From contig DATDIC010000124.1 of NCBI GenBank assembly GCA_036521275.1, positions 1-63,551 of the forward strand: DNA of 63,551 nt, read 5' to 3'. Position numbers and translations under genes: made by a program. The notes under the pieces are model-generated. The model saw only the letters and a program-made list of their open reading frames with translations. It had not been told where the DNA came from and did not search any database. This stretch comes from Acetobacteraceae bacterium (GTDB lineage: Bacteria > Pseudomonadota > Alphaproteobacteria > Acetobacterales > Acetobacteraceae). The stretch's first letter is position 1. Every line of letters starts with the position of its first letter. This document shows, in pieces, positions 38,403 to 47,778 of the stretch.

Positions 38403-40552
38403 GGCGACGCGCGACTGGCCGAAACATCGGGCGCCAGCAGCAGGCCGGCGAATGCAGCGCCTACGCGTGGCGCCGGACCATGAGCGCCAAGATCGTCCCG
38501 GGCGACGACGACGGAAACCAGCAAGAAGCCACCCTGAAGCTGCCCTACAACCGCGATGTGATAGGCACGGTTGTCGCTGTCGGTCGCCGTCGCCTGAACG
38601 CGCATGACCTGAGCCGTCCCGGACCTCGTCGAGTTCTCCGGCTGCTCCGTCCCCAGACTGAGATGCAGCATCCGGCTCAGCGAATCGCGCACCAGTTCTT
38701 CGACATTCGCCAACGAGCCCGCCGCACGTCCGATCAGCGCGATGTGCAATCCCGGTGCGTCCGGCGACACGAACAGGCACGCACCTTTATCCTCCGGACG
38801 GAGTTCGTGCTCCATTCCCCGTGGTATCAAAGCGATGTTGCCGGACGGAACCTGGGCCCAGACATCATATTGCACGTTGCTGATCGAATCGACTGAAACC
38901 TTCGTGGCATCCTGCACGGCGGCGGCCACCATCTTCGCCTCGGAATCGGCGGTCGCCAGCGGGCCGAGCCTAGGCACATCCGACATCAGCAGCATCGACC
39001 GGCCGCAGTGCAGGACGGTGTAGAATTTGGCACCGGTCGTCGGTGCCGTCTCGTCGCTCGCTTCCTCGTCCGACGGCGGGGTCTCTATATCGGTGGCCTG
39101 CGTCTGATCGGGTGGTGGAAAGCTCGACAGATCGAGTGCAACCAGCATGCGTGCCAGATCCAGGCGGGCCGCGGGCGAAAGCTGCTCGGCAGGCGTTTGC
39201 ACCAGGACACCCTCGGCAACGCTGACCTGCCGCCCATCCAGGTCCGCACGAAACAGGCGCGCGCCGCCGCGATCTTGCAATACAGCGTGATGGATCAGCG
39301 CGCCGTTGGCAACGAACTGACCTCGCCGATCGAGCAGGCGCCAGACAGGATGCTTTGGCGACCCGTCCGGGCGGCCAAACAGCCCGACGGCCTGCGATTT
39401 CGTGCGGCTGACGGCGAGCGCCCATTCCGGCGTGTCCGGATCGGCTGGCACCCGGTCCAGGCGGATCAACAGGCTTGCGTTGGGCTGCTGCGCATCCGCC
39501 CGACAGAATGAATCGGCAGGCTGCAGACTGAGTTCGGCCGGCAGGACGATGGCAGCACCAGATTGGGGTTCGACCCAAACCTGATAGGGCAGTGCCGCGA
39601 GGTCCGCGAGGCTCACCTGCTCATCCTGCGCGACCTGTTGGACGGCGTTCCTGGTGTCGACCGTCACCGCGAGCTGGGAAAGGGTACGCGCCCCGCGCGA
39701 CGTCAGGCCCAGCTTGCCGCACATCGTGGTTGGCGGGGCGCTGGGATGGACCGCCCCCTGGGCGGGCGCGCTCTGCATCGCATAAGCGAACAGCGAGCCG
39801 GCCATGCCCCCCGAGGGGAGGCTGTCGGCGGAGCTGAGAAGCTGCTCGAGGTAGAAACCACGCATGGCCCAACTGATCGAGGCAGCGCCCTGCTGCAGCC
39901 CCCCCGACCCGATTCCAACCACCCGGCCTGTTGCATCCACCACTGGTGCGCCGGAATCGCCCGGTTGCAGCGGCCCGCTCAGGTGCAGCACCTGGCTGGA
40001 CAAGTCGGGGAAATGCAGCGCCTGAAGTTGCGATCGTGCGGTGTCATCCAGCGTCGAGCTGAGCTGCGGGAACAGGTCGTTGGCGAAGGTCACCTGAAGT
40101 CGCGTGTCGGTGGGTGCCTCTATCCCGAGCGGAAACCCCCACGCCTCCACCCATTGCTCGGGACCCACCGGCTGCTCGGCGAGCTTCAGCGGCGGTGCGT
40201 CCGGCGGGTCGGTCACCGACAGCAGAACAAGGTCGGCCGAGCGCAGGACCTTGCTGACGGTCGCGTCACGCACGGTCTGCGTGATCGTGCTGCCGTTGCG
40301 GACGAAATAAAGCACGCTGAACGGCGGTTGGCAGCCGACGACCACATGCATGTCGGTCACCACCTGCCGCTCCGGACCCCAGACGAAGCCGGTGGCGACA
40401 CGGCTTTCGTTTGCCTGGCCGCACAGGCTGATCACCTTTACCAACGACGGCAAAATCCTGGCGCCGAGACCGCCCGACGGCTGATCATCGGCCGCGACCG
40501 GGCTGCCGACCGCCCACACGCAGGCGACGAGAATGATGGTCAGCCCGCGCAT
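38399..40552 (-). CDS. secreted trypsin-like (S1 family) serine protease with a large duplicated C-terminal region of unknown function
   Basis: 717-aa ORF with signal peptide [23 protein letters not shown]. Triad contexts TDMHVV (H69), SADLVLL (D107) and GDSGAP (S200). I cannot assign residues ~240-717 to any family. Confidence 0.8.
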   Translation of the reverse strand: MRGLTIILVACVWAVGSPVAADDQPSGGLGARILPSLVKVISLCGQANESRVATGFVWGPERQVVTDMHVVVGCQPPFSVLYFVRNGSTITQTVRDATVSKVLRSADLVLLSVTDPPDAPPLKLAEQPVGPEQWVEAWGFPLGIEAPTDTRLQVTFANDLFPQLSSTLDDTARSQLQALHFPDLSSQVLHLSGPLQPGDSGAPVVDATGRVVGIGSGGLQQGAASISWAMRGFYLEQLLSSADSLPSGGMAGSLFAYAMQSAPAQGAVHPSAPPTTMCGKLGLTSRGARTLSQLAVTVDTRNAVQQVAQDEQVSLADLAALPYQVWVEPQSGAAIVLPAELSLQPADSFCRADAQQPNASLLIRLDRVPADPDTPEWALAVSRTKSQAVGLFGRPDGSPKHPVWRLLDRRGQFVANGALIHHAVLQDRGGARLFRADLDGRQVSVAEGVLVQTPAEQLSPAARLDLARMLVALDLSSFPPPDQTQATDIETPPSDEEASDETAPTTGAKFYTVLHCGRSMLLMSDVPRLGPLATADSEAKMVAAAVQDATKVSVDSISNVQYDVWAQVPSGNIALIPRGMEHELRPEDKGACLFVSPDAPGLHIALIGRAAGSLANVEELVRDSLSRMLHLSLGTEQPENSTRSGTAQVMRVQATATDSDNRAYHIAVVGQLQGGFLLVSVVVARDDLGAHGPAPRVGAAFAGLLLAPDVSASRASP

Positions 40553-41106
40553 TTCAGGCCTTTCATCAGCATCGCCTCCGGATCGGCGGACTTCGCCGAG
40601 GCGTCGGCCAACGCGGTATAGGCCGGGAACCGTCTGACGATGGCAAGCTGCTGGTCAACATCCTTGACCAGCCCAATGAGGTTGCAGATCGAGCGTGTAT
40701 CGGTCGCATAAAGTGCGCTCGCCTGCTGCTTCGCTTCCGGCGCTTCGGTGATAGTAAGGCCGGCGGGTTTCACGCCCAGCCGAAGAAAGGCGACATATGC
40801 CAGCGCGTCGTCCTTGGCGTATCCGGCCGCCTGCCATTGGGCGACTTCGTCCTTGACGCTGGGCGCAAGCAGCGACCCGCCACGGACAAGAAGACCGAGC
40901 GTGACCCCAACGACGCACAGGAAGCCGAACGCACCGATGCGCCAGGACTGACCCGATTCGCCCTGCTTCAGTCCGAGTACCGCGCCGAGCAGCCCGGTGA
41001 GGGCGACCACCACCCCTTGCACGACCGGCGATACCGACAAGCCGAGCAAGTAGCCGAGCAACAGACCGATACCGCCGCCCGCAACGATATCGGCGACAAT
41101 CGGCAT
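40540..41106 (-). CDS. membrane protein of unknown function (3 predicted TM helices plus soluble C-terminal domain)
   Basis: 188-aa ORF with genome-typical GC3. Hydrophobic segments span aa ~5-75. 13-nt overlap with the protease gene. Confidence 0.65.
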   Translation of the reverse strand: MPIVADIVAGGGIGLLLGYLLGLSVSPVVQGVVVALTGLLGAVLGLKQGESGQSWRIGAFGFLCVVGVTLGLLVRGGSLLAPSVKDEVAQWQAAGYAKDDALAYVAFLRLGVKPAGLTITEAPEAKQQASALYATDTRSICNLIGLVKDVDQQLAIVRRFPAYTALADASAKSADPEAMLMKGLKCAG

Positions 41107-41271
41107 CGTTCAGGTAACAGGGGGCTGCGGCGCCCGGGCCTCGACGACCCGCGGGACAAATCCAATCATCAGCATCGCTCGCTTGTTCCCGACCGCAGTA
41201 ACCTCACCTGTTCGACGGCCCGAGCCTGGAACTCGGTCCCGCCAATCTCGGACTGTTCGCGGCGCCGCAGC

Positions 41272-41589
41272 TCAATCCCCGCCCAGTGCCGCCTCCACCG
41301 TCCGCACCGCCTGCAGCGGCAGCGCCGCGCGCCCCACCACCTGGCCGCCGACACACGCCAGCCAGTCCGCCCCGTCCGGCGGTTTCGGGCGCAACTCGAT
41401 CACCTTGGCGTCATCATCCAGCGCCACCGCCCGATATTGCCGCCAGTTCGCCCACAGCGGTCCCGGCAAACGAACGACGCGGGCAATCGCCTTGCCCGCG
41501 TCGTCCAAACCGATCCATTCGAGGGCGCGGGAGACACCCGCCCCTTTGTCCGTGCGACCCCGCGTCCAGTGAAGGCGGGGCGCTGCCAT
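41272..41589 (-). CDS. hypothetical soluble protein (105 aa)
   Basis: ORF with high GC3 codon usage. Starts 35 nt after the EF-G stop on the same strand. I recognise no family. Confidence 0.5.
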   Translation of the reverse strand: MAAPRLHWTRGRTDKGAGVSRALEWIGLDDAGKAIARVVRLPGPLWANWRQYRAVALDDDAKVIELRPKPPDGADWLACVGGQVVGRAALPLQAVRTVEAALGGD

Positions 41590-41623
41590 CTAGTCGCCCA
41601 CCGTCATGGGAAATCCTTCGACA

Positions 41624-43723
41624 TCAGGCGCTTTTCGCCATGATTTCATCGGCGATATTGCGTGGCACCGGGTCGTAATGATGGAACTGCATCGTGAACG
41701 AGGCGCGTCCCTTGGTCATGCTGCGCAGATCCGAAATATACCCGAACATCTCCTTCAGGGGAACATGGGCCCGGACGATGACCGTGGACCCGGAACTCTC
41801 CTGGTTCTGGATCATCCCGCGCCGACGGTTAATATCTCCCACCACGTCGCCGACGTGATCCTGCGGCGTGGTGACCTCCACGTCCATGATCGGCTCCAGG
41901 ATGATCGGGCCGGCCTTCTTCATGCCGTCCCGGAAGCAGGCCTTGGCGGCAATCTCGAACGCCAGCGCGGAGCTGTCCACGTCGTGGTACTTGCCGTCGA
42001 TCAGCGTGTATTTGAAATCCACCGTCGGGAAGCCCGCCAACACGCCGGTATCCGCTTGCATCCGGATGCCCTTTTCCACCGCCGGGATGTACTCCCGCGG
42101 CACCGAGCCGCCGACCACGTCGTTCTCGAACACCACCCCGCCGTTCCGCTCCTGCGGCTCGAAGGTGATCTTCACCTCGGCGTACTGACCGGACCCGCCG
42201 GTCTGTTTTCGGTGGGTGTAGGTCTCGGTGTGGGGCCGGGTAATGGTCTCCCGATAGGCCACCTGCGGCGCACCGATATTCGCCTCCACCCCGTATTCGC
42301 GCCGCAGCCGGTCGATGATGATCTCCAGGTGCAGCTCGCCCATGCCCGACAGAATGGTCTGCCCGGACTCCTGGTCGGTGCGCAGCCGCAGGCTGGGGTC
42401 CTCACCGGCCAGCTTCTGCAGGCCGAGGCTCATTTTCTCGATCGACTCCTTGGTTTTCGGCTCGACCGAGATGTCGATCACCGGCACCGGGAACGCCATT
42501 CGCTCCAGCACGACCGGATCCTGCGCCGATGCCAAAGTGTCGCCGGTACCGGTATCCTTCAGCCCGACGAAGGCGGCGATGTCACCGGCCGAAACTTCCT
42601 TGATCTCCTGGCGCTTGTCCGCGTGCATCTGGAACATGCGCCCGATCCGCTCGCGATGCTCCCGGGTGGTGTTCTGCACCATGTCCCCGGACTTCAGCGT
42701 GCCGGCATAGACGCGCACGAACGTCAGGGTGCCGTACTTGTCGTTGATGATCTTGAACGCCAGCCCGGCAAACGGTGCGGCCGGATCTGCCTTGATGCGC
42801 CGACGGTCGGAATGCTCCCCGTCCTCCTCGCCTTCGCCGGCCGCCACGCTGATGCCCGGCACGTCGAGCGGGCTGGGCAGATAGTCGATGACCGCGTCCA
42901 GCAGCGGCTGCACGCCCTTGTTCTTGAACGCGGTGCCGCACAGCACCGGGCGGAACGCGCCGCTGATGGTGCCGGTCTTGATACAGCGCTTCAGCGTGTC
43001 TTCCGAGACGTCGCCCTTGTCGAAATACTCCTCCATGGCGGCGTCATCGACCGACAGCGCCGTGTCCAGCAGCACCTGGCGGTACTCCCGGGCACGCTCG
43101 ATCAGATCGGCCGGGATCTCCTCGTCGTGGAATTTCGCACCCAGCTCGCCGCCTTCCCAGACAATGGCCTTCATCCGCACCAGGTCGACGACCCCGATAA
43201 ACTTGTCCTCGATCCCGATCGGCAGTTGCAGCGGCAGCGCGACGATATCCAGCTTCTCTTTCAGCGTGCCCACCGCGCGGTAGAAATCGGCGCCGGTGCG
43301 ATCCAGCTTGTTGATGAAGATGATGCGCGGCACGTTGTAGCGGTCGGCCAGGCGCCAGTTGGTTTCCGATTGCGGCTGCACGCCGGCCACGCCCTCGATA
43401 ATGAATATCGCGCCGTCCAGAACACGCAGGCTGCGATTCACTTCGATGTTGAAATCGATATGGCCCGGCGTATCGATGATGTTGATGCGGTGGTCCTTCC
43501 ACTCGCACGTCACCGCGGCGGACGTGATGGTGATCCCCCGCTCCCGCTCCTGCTCCATGTAGTCGGTCGTGGTATTGCCGTCGTGCACCTCACCGATCTT
43601 ATGCGACATGCCGGTGTAATAGAGGATGCGCTCCGTCGTGGTCGTCTTGCCGGCATCGATATGCGCCGTGATGCCGATATTGCGGATACGCGCGAGGCCG
43701 GTGTGAGGGTCCTGGGCAGGCAT
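41624..43723 (-). CDS. fusA: elongation factor G family GTPase located outside a str operon (probable paralogue)
   Basis: G motifs [14 protein letters not shown] and NKLD, with full EF-G domain order. Start placed at the second ATG (43723), which is preceded by GGAG. The ORF extends to 43735. Confidence 0.92.
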   Translation of the reverse strand: MPAQDPHTGLARIRNIGITAHIDAGKTTTTERILYYTGMSHKIGEVHDGNTTTDYMEQERERGITITSAAVTCEWKDHRINIIDTPGHIDFNIEVNRSLRVLDGAIFIIEGVAGVQPQSETNWRLADRYNVPRIIFINKLDRTGADFYRAVGTLKEKLDIVALPLQLPIGIEDKFIGVVDLVRMKAIVWEGGELGAKFHDEEIPADLIERAREYRQVLLDTALSVDDAAMEEYFDKGDVSEDTLKRCIKTGTISGAFRPVLCGTAFKNKGVQPLLDAVIDYLPSPLDVPGISVAAGEGEEDGEHSDRRRIKADPAAPFAGLAFKIINDKYGTLTFVRVYAGTLKSGDMVQNTTREHRERIGRMFQMHADKRQEIKEVSAGDIAAFVGLKDTGTGDTLASAQDPVVLERMAFPVPVIDISVEPKTKESIEKMSLGLQKLAGEDPSLRLRTDQESGQTILSGMGELHLEIIIDRLRREYGVEANIGAPQVAYRETITRPHTETYTHRKQTGGSGQYAEVKITFEPQERNGGVVFENDVVGGSVPREYIPAVEKGIRMQADTGVLAGFPTVDFKYTLIDGKYHDVDSSALAFEIAAKACFRDGMKKAGPIILEPIMDVEVTTPQDHVGDVVGDINRRRGMIQNQESSGSTVIVRAHVPLKEMFGYISDLRSMTKGRASFTMQFHHYDPVPRNIADEIMAKSA

Positions 43724-43950
43724 AGGGGTCTCCATATATCACGACGGGCGCCGCAGGGTCCCCATCACCTCGATGAGCCCCCGCGCGCCCGCGGATGTCC
43801 GGCCGCGACAGGCCGGCTTCGTCCGCGGCTCATGTGCGTTAACAGAGCGCGATTTGCAAGCACCGAATAGTGAACATTGGGCTGACCCGACGCCGTTCCC
43901 CTTCACGCTTTGTCACGTTCGGCAACACACGAAGGCGGTAAACTGGCGGC

Positions 43951-45240
43951 ATGGACATCACCACGGCACAGGCGCTGGTGCGCTTCGGACTGGGACGGCG
44001 CGGGTCGGAGCCTGTCCCGACTGACCCGCATGCCTGGCTGCGCGCCCAGATACGCCAGCCTGACCCGGCCGCCGATCAGCCCGTCCCCGATCTAGGTGCC
44101 GCGATGCAGGGGCTGCGCGCGGACCGGCAGAACCGCATGTTCGGCGCCGAGTCGGCGGGCCACGGCAATTTCCGCCGCGATGCCCTCGCCATGCTGAGCT
44201 GGTCCCTGGTAACGCCGGCGCCGTTTCGTGAACGGCTGGTCTGGTTCTGGAGCAATCATTTCACCGTCTCCAGCCGCCGCCCGCAATGCGAAGGGCTGAT
44301 CGGCCCGTTCGTCGCCAATGCGATCCGTCCGCATGTCACCGGCCGGTTCGAAGACATGCTGCTCGCCGTGATCCGCCATCCGGCGATGCTCATCTACCTC
44401 GACAACGCCAACTCGGTCGGACCGCAAAGCCCCGCCGGCCGGAACGGCAAGCGGGGACTGAACGAAAACCTGGCCCGCGAATGCATGGAGCTGCACACCC
44501 TCTCCCCGGCCGCCGGCTATACCCAGGCGGATGTAACGAATTTCGCCCGCATCCTCACCGGCTGGTCGATCGATTTCGACGGCGGAAGCTACGGCTTCCG
44601 GTTTCGCCCCGCCGCACATGAACCCGGGCCGATCACCCTGATGGGCCGCACATTCCCGCCGGGCGAAGCGGGCGGGGTCGAGGCGCTGAGCTTCCTCGCC
44701 AACCATCCGGCCACCCACCACGAGCTCGCCGCCAAGCTGGCGCGTCACTTCATCGCCGACGCCCCCGCGGACGGCGATGTCCGGCAGATCGAGGGCGTGC
44801 TGCGCGACACGCGCGGAGATCTTGGCGCCGCGGCGGAGCTGCTGATCGGAATGGAGTCCGCCTGGCGGCCAGACGCCAAGCTGCGCTCACCGCTGGACTT
44901 TACGGTGGCGACGTTGCGCGCGCTGAACCCGCCTTCGATCACGCCACAAGCGCTGGGCGCACTCGGCCTGCTCGGGCAGCCTTTATGGTCGGCGCCGCAG
45001 CCGAACGGTTGGCCGGACCGTGCTGCGGACTGGGCCACCCCGGAGGGCATGTTGCGGCGCATCGATTTCGCCTACTCGATTGCCGGCCGGGCTGGCGGAC
45101 AGGCGGACCCGGTCGCGCTTGCCGACGCCACCCTGGGCCCCTTGCTGAGGCCCGCCACGCAGGACGCCATCCGGCGGGCCGGCTCCCGCCGCGACGCGGT
45201 CGCGCTGCTGCTCGCTTCACCCGAGTTCCAGAGGCGCTGA
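43951..45240 (+). CDS. DUF1800 domain-containing protein
   Basis: 429-aa ORF. Its pattern (e.g. FWSNHFTVS, LDNANSVGP, NENLARECMELHTLS) and its pairing with a DUF1501 gene 1 nt downstream match the DUF1800 family as I remember it. Confidence 0.8.
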   Translation: MDITTAQALVRFGLGRRGSEPVPTDPHAWLRAQIRQPDPAADQPVPDLGAAMQGLRADRQNRMFGAESAGHGNFRRDALAMLSWSLVTPAPFRERLVWFWSNHFTVSSRRPQCEGLIGPFVANAIRPHVTGRFEDMLLAVIRHPAMLIYLDNANSVGPQSPAGRNGKRGLNENLARECMELHTLSPAAGYTQADVTNFARILTGWSIDFDGGSYGFRFRPAAHEPGPITLMGRTFPPGEAGGVEALSFLANHPATHHELAAKLARHFIADAPADGDVRQIEGVLRDTRGDLGAAAELLIGMESAWRPDAKLRSPLDFTVATLRALNPPSITPQALGALGLLGQPLWSAPQPNGWPDRAADWATPEGMLRRIDFAYSIAGRAGGQADPVALADATLGPLLRPATQDAIRRAGSRRDAVALLLASPEFQRR

Positions 45241-45241
45241 C

Positions 45242-46450
45242 ATGAACCACTCCCCTGCCCTGGTGTCACGCCGATCCGCCCTGCTCGGGCTCACCTCGGC
45301 CGTTACCATGCTGGGCCTTGGCGGCCGGGCATCGCTGGCTCTGGCTGCGGCGGCGACGGAGCAGCGGCTGGTGGTGGTTATCCAGCGCGGCGCGATGGAT
45401 GGATTGGCCGCGGTGGTTCCGTACGGCGATCCGGCGCTGACCGGCCTGCGGGGCGAGGTCACGCCTTCGGGTCCAGGTCAAAACGGTGGCGTCCTGGAGC
45501 TGGGAGGATTCTACGGCCTGCATCCGGCGCTCACCGGCCTGCACGCGATGTATGCGGCGGGCGAGCTGCTGCCGATCCATGCCGTTGCCGGGCCGTATCG
45601 CGTGCGCAGCCATTTCGAGGCGCAGGACTGCATGGAATCCGGCTCCGATCACGTGCTGAGCAGCGGGTGGCTGAACCGCGCGGTCGGGCAGTTGGCCGCC
45701 GGGTCCGCAAGCCGCGAAGGTGCCGCGGTGGCGATCGGCGTCGCCATGCCGCTGCTCCTGCGCGGACCCGCCCGTGTCGGGAGCTGGGCGCCGCACGGGT
45801 TTGGGCCGGCCCCGACCGATATCTATACCGAAATCGCCGCGCTGACGGCGCCGGACAGCGTCATCGGGCCGGCGGTGCGCGAGGGCCTGCGCGCGCGAGG
45901 TTTCAGCGAGGAAGCATTGGCAGATGACCCGCGCCCGCATAGCCGTTCCGCCTTCGCCACGCTGGGAACCGTTGCCGGCGAGATGCTGGCGCGCGCCGAT
46001 GGTCCTCGGATCGCCGCGTTGGAGATCGGCGGATGGGACACCCACGCCAGCCAGGCGCCGCGACTGAAACCTGCGCTGGAGCAGCTCGACGCCGGGCTTG
46101 TGGCGCTGAAGGTGGCGCTCGGGCCGGTCTGGAAGAACACCGCCGTCCTGACGATGACCGAGTTCGGGCGCACGGTGCGGGTGAACGGGACGAAGGGGAC
46201 GGACCACGGAACCGCCTCCGTCGCGTTCGTGCTGGGCGGCGCGGTTGCCGGCGGACGCGTGGCCGGAACATGGCCCGGCCTCGGTCCCGGCAAACTGTTC
46301 GAGAACCGCGACCTGGCGCCCACGACGGATCTGCGGTCGGTGGCAAAAGGACTGCTGATCCAGCATCTCGGGCTGGATGGCGCCATGGTGGCAAAGGTGT
46401 TCCCGGCCAGCGAAGCAGCCAGCCCGATGAACCGCCTGTTGCGCGCCTAG
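45242..46450 (+). CDS. DUF1501 domain-containing protein (Tat-exported, sulfatase/phosphatase-like superfamily)
   Basis: 402-aa ORF with a twin-arginine signal (VSRRSALLGLTSAVTMLGLGG). C-terminal TEFGRT...NGTKGTDHG pattern. Confidence 0.82.
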   Translation: MNHSPALVSRRSALLGLTSAVTMLGLGGRASLALAAAATEQRLVVVIQRGAMDGLAAVVPYGDPALTGLRGEVTPSGPGQNGGVLELGGFYGLHPALTGLHAMYAAGELLPIHAVAGPYRVRSHFEAQDCMESGSDHVLSSGWLNRAVGQLAAGSASREGAAVAIGVAMPLLLRGPARVGSWAPHGFGPAPTDIYTEIAALTAPDSVIGPAVREGLRARGFSEEALADDPRPHSRSAFATLGTVAGEMLARADGPRIAALEIGGWDTHASQAPRLKPALEQLDAGLVALKVALGPVWKNTAVLTMTEFGRTVRVNGTKGTDHGTASVAFVLGGAVAGGRVAGTWPGLGPGKLFENRDLAPTTDLRSVAKGLLIQHLGLDGAMVAKVFPASEAASPMNRLLRA

Positions 46451-46725
46451 GGCGTGCGGGACGACGACGAGCTTCGTGCCGCCCGTCCCCCGCCCATCTG
46501 CCCCTTCAGGCGATAGGCCGCACAGAAACTATCGCCCCTCACCAGTTCAAGCTTGCGCTCGAGCATCAACGCACACCCCACGCTGTAGCGCAGGTGGGAC
46601 CCTTCATTGCTGAGTGCGATCGCAGAGATCACGAAATAGCGGCGCTGCGGGGAAGAGAAGCAATTGAGGTATCCCTTTCGCCGGATGGCGCGGATTGCGC
46701 CGGTCTCTGTCCAGATCCGTCCCAT
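46447..46725 (-). CDS. hypothetical protein (92 aa from second Met; ORF extends to 46743)
   Basis: The only long ORF in a lower-GC stretch. GC3 is about 75 percent, below the neighbours. GGGAG lies 8 nt before ATG 46725. The stop overlaps the DUF1501 stop (CTAG). No family recognised. Confidence 0.4.
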   Translation of the reverse strand: MGRIWTETGAIRAIRRKGYLNCFSSPQRRYFVISAIALSNEGSHLRYSVGCALMLERKLELVRGDSFCAAYRLKGQMGGGRAARSSSSSRTP

Positions 46726-46877
46726 ATCGCAATCTCCCGACATGACGGGTTATCCAGAATGGATCCTCTGTGGCAGATCGGCCCGGATGGAGATCACCCG
46801 CGACCAGCTACTGGAATGCACTCGTTCGCGATCTGCAACCAATCGCCTGAAGGCACCCCTATTCCCAGTCATCCCCC

Positions 46878-47056
46878 CTCTCCCGTCATTCCACCCTCTC
46901 TTGTCATTCCCGCGATAGCGGGAATCCAGCGACAGTCCGTGCAATCGCAACCGCGTCACTCTCCCCCCTCTCCCGTCATCCCGCCTCTCCCGTCATTCCC
47001 GCCCTCTCCCGTCATTCCCGCGAAAGCGGGAATCCAGCGACAGTCCATGCAATCGC
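46878..47056. repeat. REP-like repeat array: five ~15-nt CTCTCCCGTCATTCC units and two 46-nt palindromic units
   Basis: 46-nt copies at 46903-46948 and 47011-47056 differ at 2 positions. Each contains the hairpin ATTCCCGC-GAWA-GCGGGAAT (46906-46925, 47014-47033). Short units start at 46878, 46896, 46968, 46985 and 47004. Confidence 0.9.
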
Positions 47057-47270
47057 TCCCTCGTCATGCCCGCCGGCGCACGCACGACGATCGAGAATCA
47101 CCCTTTCAAACGGCTGGTTTTGACATCCTGGCCCCGGCCCCCTGATTCCATATTCTTGTGATAGGGATTCAGTCAGCCACAAAGACGGACAGACGTCAAC
47201 AAAGCTTTCGCTCTTTTAAGATACCACTTCAGTGAGCTGCTCGGCCGATGCTGTTCGACCTGAACCGCTG

Positions 47271-47298
47271 TTGACCTGCCGCCGGTACGGCTTATGTT
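47271..47298 (+). promoter_or_regulatory. putative sigma70-type promoter of the Rrf2 regulator gene
   Basis: TTGACC (47271-47276), 16-nt spacer, TATGTT (47293-47298), about 28 nt upstream of ATG 47326. Pattern match only. Confidence 0.3.
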
Positions 47299-47325
47299 GC
47301 GCTCAAGTCACATAGATTTATCACA

Positions 47326-47778
47326 ATGCTGTCGAGTCGCGCGAAGTATGCACTCCGAGCCTGCGTCTATCTTGCAACGCAGGATGATTCGGAAAAATGG
47401 GCCCTTACGTCCGAGATTGCCGCCGCTGAAGATATCCCCCGCAAATTTCTCGAAGCCATCCTGGTGGAATTACGCGATAGCGGTATCCTCGAAAGCCGGC
47501 GCGGCCGTTATGGAGGCCATCGCCTGGCTCGTTCACCGGAACGAATCGCCGCCGGCGAGCTTATCCGAATCGTCGATGGCCCGCTGGCACTGGCGCCATG
47601 CGCCAGCAAGACACAGTTCGGACAATGCGCCGACTGCCTGGACCTGAGAGCTTGCGCGCTTCGCTCGATGTTGCGCAAAGCGCGTGATGCCGTCGCCGGG
47701 GTGCTGGATGACTATTCGCTGGCCATGCTCGCCCGCAATGGCAAGCGGCGCGCAGCCCGGGCGATGGAACGCGGTTAG
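47326..47778 (+). CDS. Rrf2 family transcriptional regulator with a Cys cluster (possible Fe-S sensor)
   Basis: 150-aa ORF. N-terminal wHTH (SSRAKYALRACVYLA ... IPRKFLEAILVELRDSGILESRRGRYGG). Cysteines C92, C101, C104 and C110. Confidence 0.88.
   Translation: MLSSRAKYALRACVYLATQDDSEKWALTSEIAAAEDIPRKFLEAILVELRDSGILESRRGRYGGHRLARSPERIAAGELIRIVDGPLALAPCASKTQFGQCADCLDLRACALRSMLRKARDAVAGVLDDYSLAMLARNGKRRAARAMERG

Noticed and set aside
37254-38780. 508-aa minus-strand ORF across aroC and the 3' end of the protease gene
   Set aside because: It is antisense to chorismate synthase, which has canonical motifs. It also bridges two convergent real genes, which a genuine gene would not do.
41606-43870. 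754-aa plus-strand ORF opposite the EF-G gene
   Set aside because: It is the mirror frame of an unmistakable EF-G coding sequence, with a composition (R/H/D/G/P rich) typical of antisense artefacts.
46033-47145. 370-aa plus-strand ORF running from inside DUF1501 through the repeat array
   Set aside because: Its C-terminal part (PSPVIPPSLVIPAIAGIQ...PSPVIPAKAGIQRQS) is simply the translation of the REP-like repeats, and its N-terminal part is out of frame with DUF1501.
47143-47171. Imperfect palindrome TGATTCCATAT-N7-ATAGGGATTCA upstream of the Rrf2 gene as an operator
   Set aside because: Only 9 of 11 arm positions pair, it lies about 150 nt upstream of the putative promoter, and I cannot test conservation. 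The evidence is too weak to annotate.
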